This document shows, in pieces, positions 37,033 through 48,306 of a DNA stretch of 64,000 nt. Every line of letters begins with the position of its first letter. The stretch's first letter is position 1. A program made the translations under genes and the position numbers. The notes under the pieces were generated by a model that saw only the letters and a program-made list of their open reading frames with translations, was not told the origin of the DNA and did not search any database. Source of the stretch: Octopus sinensis (Eukaryota); contig NC_043000.1 in assembly GCF_006345805.1 (NCBI RefSeq), positions 56,234,001-56,298,000 of the forward strand, read 5' to 3'.

Positions 37033-37727
37033 GATCTCTGAATTTTAATTCTTATTTCTTTACTGCCCACAAGGGGCTACACACAGAGAGGACAAACAAG
37101 GACAGACAAGGGGATTAAGTCGATTTCATCGACCCCAGTGCGTAACTGGTACTTAATTTATCGACCCCGAAAGGATGAAAGGCAAAGTCAACCTCGGCGG
37201 AATTTGAACTCAGAACGTAACGGCAGATGAAATACTGCTAAGCATCTCGCCTGACGTGCTAATGTTTCTGCCAACTTGACACCTAATTCTAAATGTATTC
37301 ATAGTTACATTCTGGCAGGCAAAGTCGACCTCGGTGGAATTTGAACTCAGAATGTAACGGCAGATGAAATACTGCTAAGCATCTCGCCTGACGTGCTAAT
37401 GTTTCTGCCAACTCGACACCTAATTCTAAATGTATTCATAGTTACAATCTGGCAGGCAAAGTCGACCTCGGTGGAATTTGAACTCAGAATGTAACAGCAG
37501 ATGAAATACTGCTAAGCATCTCGCCTGATGTGCTAACGCTTCTGCCAACTCGATGCCTGATTCTAAATGTATTCATAGTTACATTCTGGCAGGCAAAGTC
37601 GACCTCGGTGGAATTTGAACTCAGAATGTAACGGCAGATGAAATACTGCTAAGCATCTCGCCTGATGTGCTAATGTTTCTGCCAACTCGACGCCTAATTC
37701 TAAATGTATTCATAGTTACATTCTGGC
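37033..37727 (-). mobile_element. SINE B whose head plus flank is amplified 4 x 137 bp
   Basis: aggcaaagtc at 37180, 37317, 37454 and 37591; possible TSD taattct. Confidence 0.95.
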
Positions 37728-38454
37728 AGTCATATAAAGAAAGAATATGATGGCAGAAAACTACATTCCATGCACCACCTCAATATATATGTTGATACTG
37801 CTGACAAACTTTTGTGCTACAATAAAATATTCATTCTCTAACAAAACATAGATGACATACCACCAACTACTATGGCAACACAAATTCAGCTAATGGAAAA
37901 AAAAAAATATTAATGTATATTTGAACTGTAGAAGACATTTTCAGATTTAATTCAAACCAAGTCTTTAATTATATTAAAATAGCTTCCTTCCATAGCAAAA
38001 CTACCAGGTTCAAAAATTTATGTCTTTCAAATTTGTCATTACTTGACTCATATTCCTATTTATCTATGATCCTAATCTAACTGCTTATCTATATTTACAT
38101 AAATGTTTTAAGATGAGTTACTGCTAATATGAAGTTTCTGTATTATTAACCTCATCTTCAGGAAATGGCATATTTTTTCATATTTACATCTGCTCTATAT
38201 TTTGATCAAAGTGTAGATAATAAAAAATATGTTGATATATTATTTTTAAATGTCCATTTCAAAATATAATGTTAATCTCATATATTTATAAGTGTATCTC
38301 TATCTCTAACCATCTGATAGAGGTATTCCACAGGTTAAAACTGTGTTACAGTGTCAGTCATTTATCTATCAATCTATTTGTCTGTCTGTCTTTCACTATA
38401 TTTGCTGATGTACACACCAATTTACATACCTACCAACAAAGCTATCATCATCAT

Positions 38455-38950
38455 GATTATCATCAGTGTTGGCATATGTTGAATGGCTTGACAGGAGCTG
38501 GTAAGGCCAGGGTTTGCAACAGGTTCCATAGTCGGTTTTTTGCTTGATTTCTAGAGCTGGATGCCTTTCCTAATACCAACTACTTTACATAGTGTACTGG
38601 GTGCTTTTTACCTGGCATCATCACCAGTGCTTTTTACATGGCACCATCACCAGTACTTTTTATGTGGCACCATCACTTTTTATGTGGTACCAGCACTGGG
38701 GCTTTTTTACATGGCATCAGCACCAGTACTATTTTACGTGGCACCAGCATCAATGATTTTTTTATGTGGCACCTTGCTTTCAGGACATCAATTCTGTTGT
38801 GATGGAAAGGTCTTCTTCAGTATAGCAATGCACTATATATCTTGGTCCTTTGTCATCACCTTCACAAGGCTCAAAGTTTGGAGATTGTCCTTCAATACTT
38901 CAACCCATGTCTTTCTGGGTCCCCCTCTTGTACAACTTCATTCCACTTTA
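38455..38950 (-). mobile_element. RTE LINE 3' end (C-terminal coding part and tail)
   Basis: Minus strand CTRGGPRKTWVEVLKDNLQTLSL..MTKDQD resembles the RTE terminal RGRPRKTW.EV...DL motif, followed by the aggcatccagctc tail. Confidence 0.85.
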
Positions 38951-39679
38951 GCTATATATTTTAAAAATCTAACAATATATCTATATACCTACATACATAA
39001 ATACATTTGTCCCACTTTTAGATTAGGTATATATATTGTAAAAGATAACTAAAAGAGTTGCTTTCAAGAAAAGCATCCAGCCATACTTCATTGCCTTAAT
39101 TCCTTAATCCCTGCCAAACCCATGGGAAAGTGGATAGAAAAATGGGAAGGCAGTTGTAAAATTGAAAATGCAAATATTAAAATAGAAAAGCTTCTGTAAA
39201 ATCGATGATGGTGGTGGTGGTGGTGGTGGTGGTGGGTAGTGGTGAGGAGGAGGATGATAGGAGTTGATAATGGTAATGATGATGATTAGAGAAAGGTTTC
39301 TCAATTACTCTAGTAACATCCCTAAAATGATAGCTCTCAAATATATTTATGTTCAAATCCCATGAGGTTTTTGGTTTTGGTCCAGTTTTTCTGTTTATTG
39401 CTTTTTGTTGGATGGATAAAATATAAAAGTATCAGTAGCATTTTGGATGAGGTTATCAACCCCAGATCACATCTGTTGCATCGATCTTTGGCAGTGACCA
39501 CTAAACTTCTAGCATTGCTTACATAATACAGCTTTGTTTAGTGTTGTTTGGTATGAGGTAACTGGAGATAATTTAAGTTTATAAACCTGACAAAACATCT
39601 CACACTGCTAATGTTTAATCTGTTCAGTTTCTCCTTCTGAATCTATCATATGTTTTGATCTTTATTATTAGAGGTTTCT

Positions 39680-40115
39680 AAGGTGGCAAGCGGGTAGGCT
39701 CATTTGCACACCAGGCAAAATGCTTAGTGGTATTTCAGCTGTCTTTGTGTTTTCAGTTCAAATTTTTGCCTTTTATCTTTTCAGGGTCAATAAAATAAAT
39801 ACCAGTTGAGCACTGGGGTTGATGCACTTGACTTACTCCATCCCACGAAATTACTAGCATTGTGCCAAAATTTAAAATTATTATTAGAGGTTTCTCTGAA
39901 GGCGGCGAGCTCACAGAATCATTAGCATGCTGGGCAAAATACTTAGTGGTATTTCATGTCTTTATATTCTGAGTTCAAATTCTACTGGGATCAACTTTGC
40001 CTTTTGTCCTTTCAGGGTTTAAAATATAAGTACCAATGTACTTATTGGGGTCAATGTTACAGACTTATCCCCTCCCCTGAATTTGCTCGCCCTATGCCAA
40101 ACTTTGAAACCTTTC
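39680..40115 (+). mobile_element. Two divergent SINE B copies in tandem
   Basis: 39680-39883 and 39896-40115, bounded by three copies of ttagaggtttct. Confidence 0.85.
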
Positions 40116-40281
40116 TTAGAGGTTTCTCTCAATATTGAAAGAAAAAGAATGGTAAAAGCAACCTGTGAGTGTATCATTAAAAAAAGATGATATAGAAATA
40201 TCAATTTTTAACATAGTTATAAGGCTTCAAATTTGGGAGGCAAAACTGCCAGATTTAGGCACAAGTTAAATAAGCTACATC

Positions 40282-40490
40282 TTAATCCTTTAGAATTCAG
40301 ATTACTTTGTCTAATTGTTATGCTTTTTTTTTAATCACATTGTTTTGAATGCATTATCTCAAAGCTTTGAGATTTCAATAATGTAAATAGCATCATAAGT
40401 TTGTAGTAAGAGGCCAAATCTGACCAGTTCGAAGATAAAAAGGTAGAATATTTGGGCTAGATATGGCCGGTTTAAATGCTAAAGGGTTAA
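40282..40490. mobile_element. piggyBac-like MITE
   Basis: ttaatcctttagaatt ... aatgctaaagggttaa. Confidence 0.8.
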
Positions 40491-41624
40491 TGTCTCACAA
40501 TTTACAGGGGCCGCAAAATAATTAAGAACATATGTTTTCAGTTTTTGTGAGACCTGGTGCATAATTTTTTTAACAATAGGGCTTTATTATAAGCTTAGAG
40601 CCTTTCTGACTTCAAATCCAGCATTGGGTACAGTTGATTAAATTGATCCTAGTATTTGAGTGGTACTTTATATTAGCCACCTTGAAAGGATAAAAGGCAA
40701 ACTTGACCCTGGCGAGATTTCAGCTAAATACTCTGAAGCTTTTTGTCTGATACTGTAAAAATTCTGTTGTTTGCCTTCAAGGATACAGAATAAGGACTAA
40801 AATATACAAGAAAACTAGGTGTTTGTATGTAACAAACAGGAATTAGATGAACAGTTAACTTTGTTTCAGTATTCAGTGCCTCTTTAAGAGAGCCACTATA
40901 TGGTTACTTGACCAGCGAAAAATAACAGCCAAATCTACCTCATTTCATATCCTACCCTTTTATATGAGACAACATCACATTAAATAATGTAGTTATATAT
41001 ATCCCTAAACAGACAAGATTGTCAAGGCTGGAATACCTTTCCATCATAGATCTGTTTGATCAGGACCAACCTGGACTTAAAGAATAGCAATGAAACACAT
41101 AACACATGCACAAATAATGAATATTACTGCACACATGACAATGAATGATTTTCCATGTGTTTATCTTTTCAATGCAGATCAGGCATAGGCCCACAGAGCT
41201 TTCTAAATGACATGCCTGTCAAAAAATTTTTGAAATATATACATTTTTTAGTAATACAGTTTGCCTGATGATGCGCTATATCTCATGCAGCCCACTTCTT
41301 GAAAATGGCTGCCCATGCCAGATGAGATAAAGCAAATTTTAAGCAAATGCTGAACTAAGCAGATTTTCATTTGTGTTTCAGATTTATACAAAAGCTTATA
41401 TTTTAGCATTACTTTAAAGAAATGATGCCTAAAAATAAACTTATGCATCAATATGGAAGAACAAGTTGCTGAAGCCTCCTGCTGTAAGTATTAAACTGTG
41501 TACACAGCTTCTCCTATAGATAATGAGGTGCTGCATGACATAACCTCTTTCACCCCCCCCCCCCCACCCTAAAAAAAAGAAATGGAAAGCTCATAGAATA
41601 TAGTATCAATTTATCTTTTATCTT

Positions 41625-41780
41625 TTACTTATTTCATTCATTGACAGCAGCAATGCTGTGAGACCACTTTGAAAGGTGGTATAGTAGAAGACACATGCCC
41701 AGGGTACCACGCAGTGGAACTAAACTCAGAACCATGTAGTTGGTAAGCAAGCTACTTACCACACAGCCACTCCTGCACCT
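41625..41780 (-). mobile_element. SINE A with a large internal deletion
   Basis: Tail ttcattcattgac joined almost directly to head-proximal tatagtagaagacac...ccacacagccactcctg. Confidence 0.8.
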
Positions 41781-42192
41781 ACATATATATATATATATAT
41801 ATATTGGTAAAATGGTAAGATAACAAAAGAAAGAAAGAGACCTCAATATTATGTAAATCGAGGAAATTTATCTGAAAAATAATATGTTCTTTCATGCATA
41901 AGATGGCCAGATAACCGAAGAGATGGTGGTGTGGATTTCCACCTCGGCATCCGAAACTCAGTTTTATCTTGGCTACCGAATAATTGTCACATACTATTTT
42001 AGATATATATATATATCACCGTGATCACAGTGACCGACCAGACTATCAGATGTTGCTACACATCGCTGGTCACAATGGCCTGCTCGCTTAGCCAGCGGGG
42101 TGGCATCATTTGAAGGCTAAAACAACAATATATATATATATATATAACAAATTAAAAAGGGAGGCTTATTAGCAATTAGAACCTAAAGGCAA

Positions 42193-42520
42193 AATTAATA
42201 GAGGTCACAAAAGTGACAGAGGGTACTGACTAACACTGCTTTTACTAAAGATGATAGGTAAACTAACTCGAGAGCCACAAAATCACTGTCTTAATGACTG
42301 ACAAAGGGAGGTAAATCCCCCTCATATAATGCTGGACCGCGATTTCCAATTTTGATGTAGACCATCTTAATCCTCATCAGCGGCTCTTAACACCTAGAGT
42401 TAAACTTAATGTCAGTCATTAAGACAGGGATTTTGTGGCTTTTGAGTTAGTCTAACTCTTATCTTTAGCAAAAGCGATACTAGTCAGAACCCTCTGTCAC
42501 TTTTGAGACCTCTATTAATT
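42193..42520. mobile_element. Fold-back element / MITE with 111-bp inverted arms
   Basis: Arms 42193-42303 and 42410-42520, about 14 mismatches by hand count, 106-bp spacer. Confidence 0.85.
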
Positions 42521-42524
42521 ATAT

Positions 42525-42679
42525 AGTGGTTGTGTGGTAAGAAGCCAGCTTCCCAACCACATGGTTCCAGGTTCAGTCCCACTGTGTGGCATCTTGCGCA
42601 AGTGTCTTCCACTATCGTTTTAGGCTGACCAAAGCCTTGTGAGCGGATTTGGTAGATGGAAACTGAAAGAAGCCTGTTG

Positions 42680-42754
<75 letters not shown>

Positions 42755-42968
42755 ATTGTTATTTGTGTCTTTGTTTGTCCCCCACTATCGCTTGACAACT
42801 AATGTTGGTGTGTTTATCTCCCTGTCACTTAGCAGTTCGGCAAAACAGACTGATAGAATAAGTACTAGGTTTACAAAGAATAAGTCCTGGAGTCGATTTA
42901 GTTCAACTAAAGGTGGTGCTCCAGCATGGCCACAGTCAAATGACTGAAACAAGTCAAAGAATGAAAGA
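42525..42968 (+). mobile_element. SINE A, full length
   Basis: Head, long internal (TA)n and tail are all present. Confidence 0.9.
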
Positions 42969-42977
42969 ATATATATA

Positions 42978-43130
42978 CAATAGGCTTCTTTCAGCTTTTG
43001 TTTATGAAATGTACTTCCAAAGCCTGGGGTTAAAATAGAAGTCACTTGCTCAAAGTGCTCTGCAGTGGGACTGAACCCAGAACTATATGGCTGGGCAACA
43101 AACTTCTTACCACAGAGCCACACCTGCACC
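42978..43130 (-). mobile_element. SINE A, 5' half
   Basis: aggcttctttcagc...gggactgaacccagaac...cttcttaccacagagcc. Confidence 0.8.
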
Positions 43131-43949
43131 TGAATAAATTATTTCAATGTTTCAAATCTGTGAGGTTCACTGACCTCTTAATTTTCACAGCTCGTCCCTA
43201 GTCTGATCTGCCTTCTCTTAGTAGCATTAACATGCAAACAGAGGTGCTTTATTACTATGTGTAATGTATTCATGATACATTTTACAAAAACAAACAAAAA
43301 TTCTGTTCAAGAGATTACAGGATCCAAATGTGAAAAAAAAAGAGAAAAAAATCATATTATAAATTTTCTGTATAGAATTCACTTTTCCAGATGTGAATAA
43401 AGTTATTTTTTTTTAAATTACATTTTTTTTCTCCAACAGCAAAAATGATTATGGCAATTACTTTTTAATATTCACACAAATACATACAAAAACACAAAAG
43501 AGACACAGTCTTAAATATAATAATATTTATAGATAAAGTAAAATATAGGATCCTTTATTTTCTGTGATTTTGGGTTTTTCCACCCCCTTTCCTCTCTTTA
43601 AGGAGAAAATCAAGTACTACAAAATCCTACACCAAAATTAATTAACCTTAGTTTGCTGAAATATTATCAAGCAAAAACTAAATAAAGAAGAGAAAAACTA
43701 AATCAAAAAAATTTATGTTTTTGCTTAAGGTTACATAAGAAGTGAGATAAATAAAACTGAGGCAAAAACAAGAAGAAAAAATTATAATTTGGAGATATGA
43801 GCAGAATATATTATTGGATATCTCTCCTTCAGGAATACCATTGTTATTTATTAATCACAAGAATATATTATAATATTCTCTTTTAGCTTGGTTCTATCGG
43901 TTTACTGCCATTTCTGTTCTCTCTGTTTCCACCACAACTGCCTTCATTT

Positions 43950-44063
43950 GTGTGTGTGTGTATACACACACACACATATATAGATACATACATACACACA
44001 CACACACATATATATGTATACATGTCCATATACACATATATGCATGCGTATAAAGATTCACAC

Positions 44064-44095
<32 letters not shown>

Positions 44096-44370
44096 ATATG
44101 TATATACACACACATACACACATATATGTATGTATATAAATGTATATGCATGTGTGTGTGTATGTATCCATGTATGTATGCATATGTATGCATATACACA
44201 CAGCAGATATACAGGCATATATACTTATACGTATATGCATATACATATATATACGCATACATAAATATATATTTACACATGTATATATGTATGTATATAT
44301 GTATAGATATCATACATACACATACATATACATATAGCGAGACACACACACAACACATACACACATAAAT
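43950..44370. repeat. (TA/CA/TG) microsatellite field
   Basis: Direct inspection. Confidence 0.95.
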
Positions 44371-44699
44371 GAAGAAATATATAAATAAATAAAAATATGG
44401 CGCAGATTGAAGCCAAATATATGTGATGGAAAAATGATCTCATCGACCACCTGCTAGCTAGGCCTGATATTGTTTGAGAAAATAGGAATATTGCAAATAT
44501 GACTTTCAACATAAACAAAGTGTTCTGTTACATATCAAGCTTATCTTAATGAAGGAAGACATATGAAATGACACCACCACTTCAACTGTGTATAATAATT
44601 TACAAATTTTTCAACTCCTCCTACTGCTCCTCATCCTCCTCTTCCTCCACTTTATCATCACCGGCATCATCATTATCATCACCCCCACCACCAATTCTA

Positions 44700-45007
44700 T
44701 CATCATTATCCTCATCATCATTGTTTTACGTCTGCTTTCCATGCTAGCATGGGTTGGACGATTTGACTGAGGACTGGCTAACCAGATGGCTGCACCAGGC
44801 TCCAATCTTGATTTGGCAGAGTTTCTACAGCTGGATGCCCTTCCTAATGCCAACCACTCCAAGAGTATAAGTGGATGTTTTTTCTGTGCCACTGGCATGA
44901 GGGCCAGTCAGGTGGTACTGGCAACGGTCATGGAAAATCGTGTTTTTTTTTTTTTTACGTGTCACCTGCACACTAGCACAAGTGCCAGTAAGGCGACACT
45001 GATATAT

Positions 45008-45039
<32 letters not shown>

Positions 45040-45680
45040 ATGCATGTATGTATGTATGCATGTATACATGTGTGTGTGTGTGTAAGGTGGCAAGCTGGTA
45101 GAATCACCAGGCTCCAATCTTGATTTGGCAGAGTTTCTACAGCTGGATGCCCTTCCTAACGCCAACCACTCCAAGAGTATAGTGGGTGTTTTTTATGTGC
45201 CACCGGCATGAGGGCCAGTCAGGTGGTACTGGCAACGGTCATGGAAAATCGTGTTTTTTTTTTTACGTGTCACCTGCATGCCGGCACAAGTGCCAGTAAG
45301 GCGACACTGATATATTATATATGTATGTATGTATGTATGATGCATGCATGTATGTATGTATGCATGTATACATGTGTGTGTGTGTGTAAGGTGACAAGCT
45401 GGTAGAATCACTAGGCTCCAATCTTGATTTGGCAGAGTTTCTACAGCTGGATGCCCTTCCTAACACCAACCACTCCAAGAGTATAGTGGGTGCTTTTATG
45501 TGCCACCGGCATGAGGGCCAGTCAGGTAGTACTGGCAACGGTCATGGAAAATCGTGTTTTTGTTTTTACGTGTCACCTGCACACTGGCACAAGTGCCAGT
45601 AAGGCAACACTGATATATTATGTATGTATGTATGCATGTATACAAGTGTGTGTGTGTGTAAGGTGGCAAGCTGGTAGAAT
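44700..45680 (-). mobile_element. RTE tail region triplicated in tandem (312, 304 and 272 bp)
   Basis: ca(c/ct)aggctccaatcttgatttggcagag at 44793, 45105 and 45409; each unit ends aaggtg(g/a)caagctggtagaat. Confidence 0.93.
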
Positions 45681-45850
45681 CATGAGCGCGCTGGATGAAA
45701 TGCTTAGTGGCATTTCATCCAGCTTTACTTTCTGGGTTTAAATTCCAACAAGGTCAACTTTGCTTTTCATCGCATCCGGGTTGATGAAATAAGTATCAGT
45801 TGAGTACTGGGATCACTGTATTTGACTAACCTCCTTCTGCTAGCTTTGCG
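45660..45850 (+). mobile_element. SINE B
   Basis: aaggtggcaagctggtagaatcatgagc...ggtcaactttgcttttcatc. Confidence 0.8.
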
Positions 45851-46481
45851 TCTATAGTAAAAAGGATTGTGTGTGTGTGTGTGTGTGATTGTGTGATTGT
45901 GTACGTGCATGATAATATGATGTGTGGACTAATGGTTAGACAGCAAAGCTCTTGACCATAAGGCCATTTCTTCCATTTCTGGTCTTGGAAGCAAGTTGTG
46001 CCCTGGACTGAAGCACTTTACTTCAAGTTTCTCCAGTCCGTTCAGCTGTTATCAGAAAATGAGTTTAAAGGCTGACAGAGCATATACTCAGCATCAAGTA
46101 AGCTCAGCCCCATTATCAAGACAAGTGTTATGACTAAAAAACCATTAGGTGTAATGAGGCATACAACCAGCAAGGCTATTTTTACCCTTTACCACTTTAA
46201 CAGGCATTGATGTGTAGCTGCAGGCTTGGGTGTCTGATTAAGAAAGTCTTGTGACTGGATGTCATAAGAAAGAAACTGAAAGTAGCCTGTTATATATTAC
46301 TGGAGGGAGGTTGCTCTCCCTTGTCAATAGGTAAGTGCTCTACCCATGGTTAAGAGTTGCTTTGACTCTTATTTCTAGCAATGCTGGAGCTGATTTGAAC
46401 CATTAGTTACTTTAGTGATGATTGTACTTGTGCCTTTTGATATTTCAATTACGAATAGCCACCTTAATAATTTACATATGT

Positions 46482-46732
46482 GGAGGCGCGTGTCTTAGTG
46501 GTTAGGGTGTCAGCATCATGATCACAAGATTGTGGTTTTGATTCCTGGACCAGGTGACACGTTGTGTTCTTGAGCAAAGCACTTCATTTTACATTGCTCC
46601 AGTCCACTCAGCTGGCAAAAATGATTAAACGCTGCAATAGACTGGCGTCCCATCCAGCTGGGGAACACATACGCCATTGAAACTGGGGAATCGGGCCCAT
46701 GAGCCTGGCTAGGCTTTAAAAGGGTGCATTTA
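46482..46732 (+). mobile_element. tRNA-derived SINE C, best-preserved copy
   Basis: A-box-like tgtcttagtgg, B-box-like gttttgattcc, core ctccagtccactcagctggcaaaaatga, tail gactggcgtcccatccag. Confidence 0.88.
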
Positions 46733-46754
46733 ATTTTGTTTTATATCTACATAT

Positions 46755-46980
46755 ATGTGTTTCTTTATTACCCAAAAGGGGCTAAACATAGAGGGGACAA
46801 ACAAGGACAGACAAACGGATTAAGACGATTACATCGACCCCAGCAAACTAATTTATCGACCCCAAAAGGATGAAAGGCAAAGTCGACCTCGGCGGAATTT
46901 GAACTCAGAATGTAGCGGCAGACGAAAAACGGCTACGCATTTCGTCTGGCGTGCTAACGGTTCTGCCAGCTCACCGCCTT
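46755..46980 (-). mobile_element. SINE B, low divergence
   Basis: Head (reverse complement) ggcggtgagctggcagaaccgttagcacgcc; B-box-like gagttcaaattcc; CpGs retained. Confidence 0.92.
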
Positions 46981-48306
46981 ATATCTACATATATATACTA
47001 GCAGAAAGACTGCCCTCTGGGCAGTTTTTTGCTAACCACTTGATAATATTTTCACATTTGATTCCCAATTCTAATAATTTTTATGATATTGTCTGCCATC
47101 ATGCCTTTGTTGCTAAATGTTCTTATTTAGTTGCATATTTTGGCATTCTTTTGGGTGAAATCACAGAAATGCTCAAATGAACAGCTGTTTTTTCCATTAA
47201 TTTCCATAAATAATTTTGATTTATTTACTTTTGTTTTACAGTAGAAGAGAGGAGAAAGTGAAAGATGTGTGTACATATGTACATATGGAATGGACATGTG
47301 TGAGAGAGAGAGAGGGTGAGTGAAGGGGTGTGTCAGATATACATACATACATACATACATACATAATATGCATACATCTTTTTTGTATGTATGTGTGCAT
47401 ATGCGTGTGTATGCTTATATATATTTATGTATGAATGTATACATGACCACACACACCTTCACTCATTCTCTCTCTCTCTCTCTCTCTCCATCTCTCTCCA
47501 TCTCTCTCTCACAGACACACAAACACACACATACATAAATGTATACATACAAACGTACATACGAAAACACACATGTGCATTTGTGACTGACTACAAATAC
47601 ATAGAGCTGAACACAGTACACGGAATGTAAATAAATAAATAATTGTTACGGAAATTAACAAAGTGTGTGGGTTCAAGCAAAAAACTGCTCATATTTTTTG
47701 GACATTGCGTGTTGAATTGTAAAATTGTAATGTGATATTTGTGTAACAACAAAATCAAACCTGGAGTGTGTGTTTATATTACAGAGACAGTGTGTGCATT
47801 TATGTTAGGGAGAGACAGTGTGTGTGTGAGAGAGAGAGAGAGACAGCAGGGGAGAGAACATTGCAAACGAGGAAGGAAATAAACATGAAATGAAAAATTC
47901 ATATAAATAAAAGCTCATTAAAAGCTATCTTGTGCCGAATATTTAAATTTGAGAACTTGAAATATTCAATAATAAAAGGAAGTTCAGAAAGTTGATTTTT
48001 TTGAAAACTTCAATTCATAAAAAAATCTCACTTGCTTAGTAAATATTTCTTTCCGTAATTTATCGTAGCTGTTTGTAAAAAGTGACTGAAAACTTGAAAT
48101 GAAAATATTAAAATAGAGAATGAGAGGCTTTGTAAATGAAAACAGAAAATTTCGCCTGCAACAAATTGATATTGTTTAGGTAGTCACTACATCAATACCA
48201 GAAGCTGACATTGAAAAACCTTTTTAAAGAAGTGAATCATATATATATATAAAGCAGTATTATTTATTTTTAATAAAAAAAAATAAAACGAAGACCCTAT
48301 TATGTA

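Noticed and set aside
38561-39052. 163-aa plus-strand ORF
   Set aside because: Antisense to the RTE 3' end and its internal repeats.
46482-46560. Possible tRNA gene
   Set aside because: Has A/B-box-like motifs, but I see no complete cloverleaf and it continues into a SINE body; same for the other SINE heads.
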